Positions 19,901-20,252 of a stretch of 20,252 nt of DNA are shown here, piece by piece. A program made the position numbers and the translations under genes. This stretch comes from Utricularia gibba. Its lineage: Eukaryota > Plantae > Magnoliophyta. The notes under the pieces were generated by a model. That model made no database searches. It was not told the origin of the DNA and worked only from the letters and a program-made list of their open reading frames with translations. The stretch covers positions 1 to 20,252 of the forward strand of contig NEEC01000278.1 of NCBI GenBank assembly GCA_002189035.1, in the 5' to 3' direction. Position 1 is the stretch's first letter; the number at the start of each line of letters is the position of its first letter.

Positions 19901-20252
19901 AGGTCAACTGGATGCAAATCGATTAAAAAAAATGATGCATTTCTTTAAATTATGATGTCACGTGCACCCCACATGATTTTTTCAACAACTTACTTTATAC
20001 TTGAGCAGGCGGTCTTTGGGTGCACCTGGAACGGGACAAAGTAAGTTTGGCTTGCACGAGAGTTAGTTGTAGTCCGGCAAATAAAGTGATGTATTTATTA
20101 TCGTTCGGTTTTCGGGGTGCCTACATGGTTTTTCAAGGAACCGCTTCTCGTTTTGTGGCGGCCAGTCTCGCTGGGAACTTGGTCCTTGACCCGATTCTGT
20201 ATGGCTCATGAGGTCAACTGGATGCAAATCGATTAAAAAAAATGATGCATTT
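10956..20252. repeat. Homogeneous type A domain (~30 monomers)
   Basis: Differences are almost all 1-bp homopolymer indels. Exceptions are the G/C site in CATTT[G/C]TTT, a 119-bp truncated unit at 18537-18655 and small deletions at ~19536 and ~19732. Confidence 0.93.
18537..18655 (+). repeat. Truncated 119-bp monomer
   Basis: The junction TATACTT-GA-TTCTGTATGG at 18656 joins the TACTTGA|GCAGG position to the CCCGA|TTCTG position. Confidence 0.88.

Larger units (their letters stand above)
1..20252. repeat. Tandem satellite-like array, ~316-bp monomer, ~65 monomer-equivalents, all in the same orientation; runs off both window ends
   Basis: The anchor TATACTTGAGCAGGCGG (type B: ATACATGAGGAGG) recurs about every 300-316 bp outside the disrupted zone (e.g. 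254, 554, 863, 1172, 1483, 1795, 2105 ... 19083, 19396, 19697, 19997). No unique interspersed sequence was seen. Confidence 0.98.

Noticed and set aside
1818-20211. About 60 short ORFs (60-104 aa), e.g. MHLERDKGNVWLAPRVSCS... and MHPVDLMSHTESG...
   Set aside because: They are translations of the same monomer in several frames on both strands. Many start at GTG/TTG, their reading frames shift with homopolymer indels, and I recognise no domain in them.
1-20252. CRISPR array
   Set aside because: There are no unique spacers, and the 316-bp unit is repeated in full.
10956-20252. Regular higher-order repeat in the clean domain
   Set aside because: The diagnostic variant spacing (5, 6, 8, 1, 3 monomers) is not periodic.
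1-20252. Assignment to a named satellite family or organism
   Set aside because: I do not recognise the consensus. A BLAST/Dfam/Repbase search with 9755-10070 would be needed.

Overview
The whole window is one head-to-tail tandem array of about 65 monomer-equivalents of a ~316-bp unit. The cleanest full-length copy is 9755-10070 (316 bp, ~45% GC by hand count); most copies are 310-316 bp because of homopolymer indels. There is no unique sequence and no credible gene, RNA gene or CRISPR array, and all listed ORFs are short translations of the repeat. It looks like eukaryotic-type satellite DNA, but I cannot assign the organism or family. The array has four zones. (1) 1-3665 is a mosaic of the main type A, a ~85%-identical type B and A/B hybrids. 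(2) 3666-5999 is type A with a few residual B alleles. (3) About 6000-10955 is type A interrupted by scrambled, deleted or duplicated patches that look like consensus/assembly artefacts. (4) 10956-20252 is homogeneous type A with a hidden linked subvariant and one truncated monomer. I found no new protein-coding system. The points of interest are the array architecture, the internal structure of the monomer and the probable artefacts.
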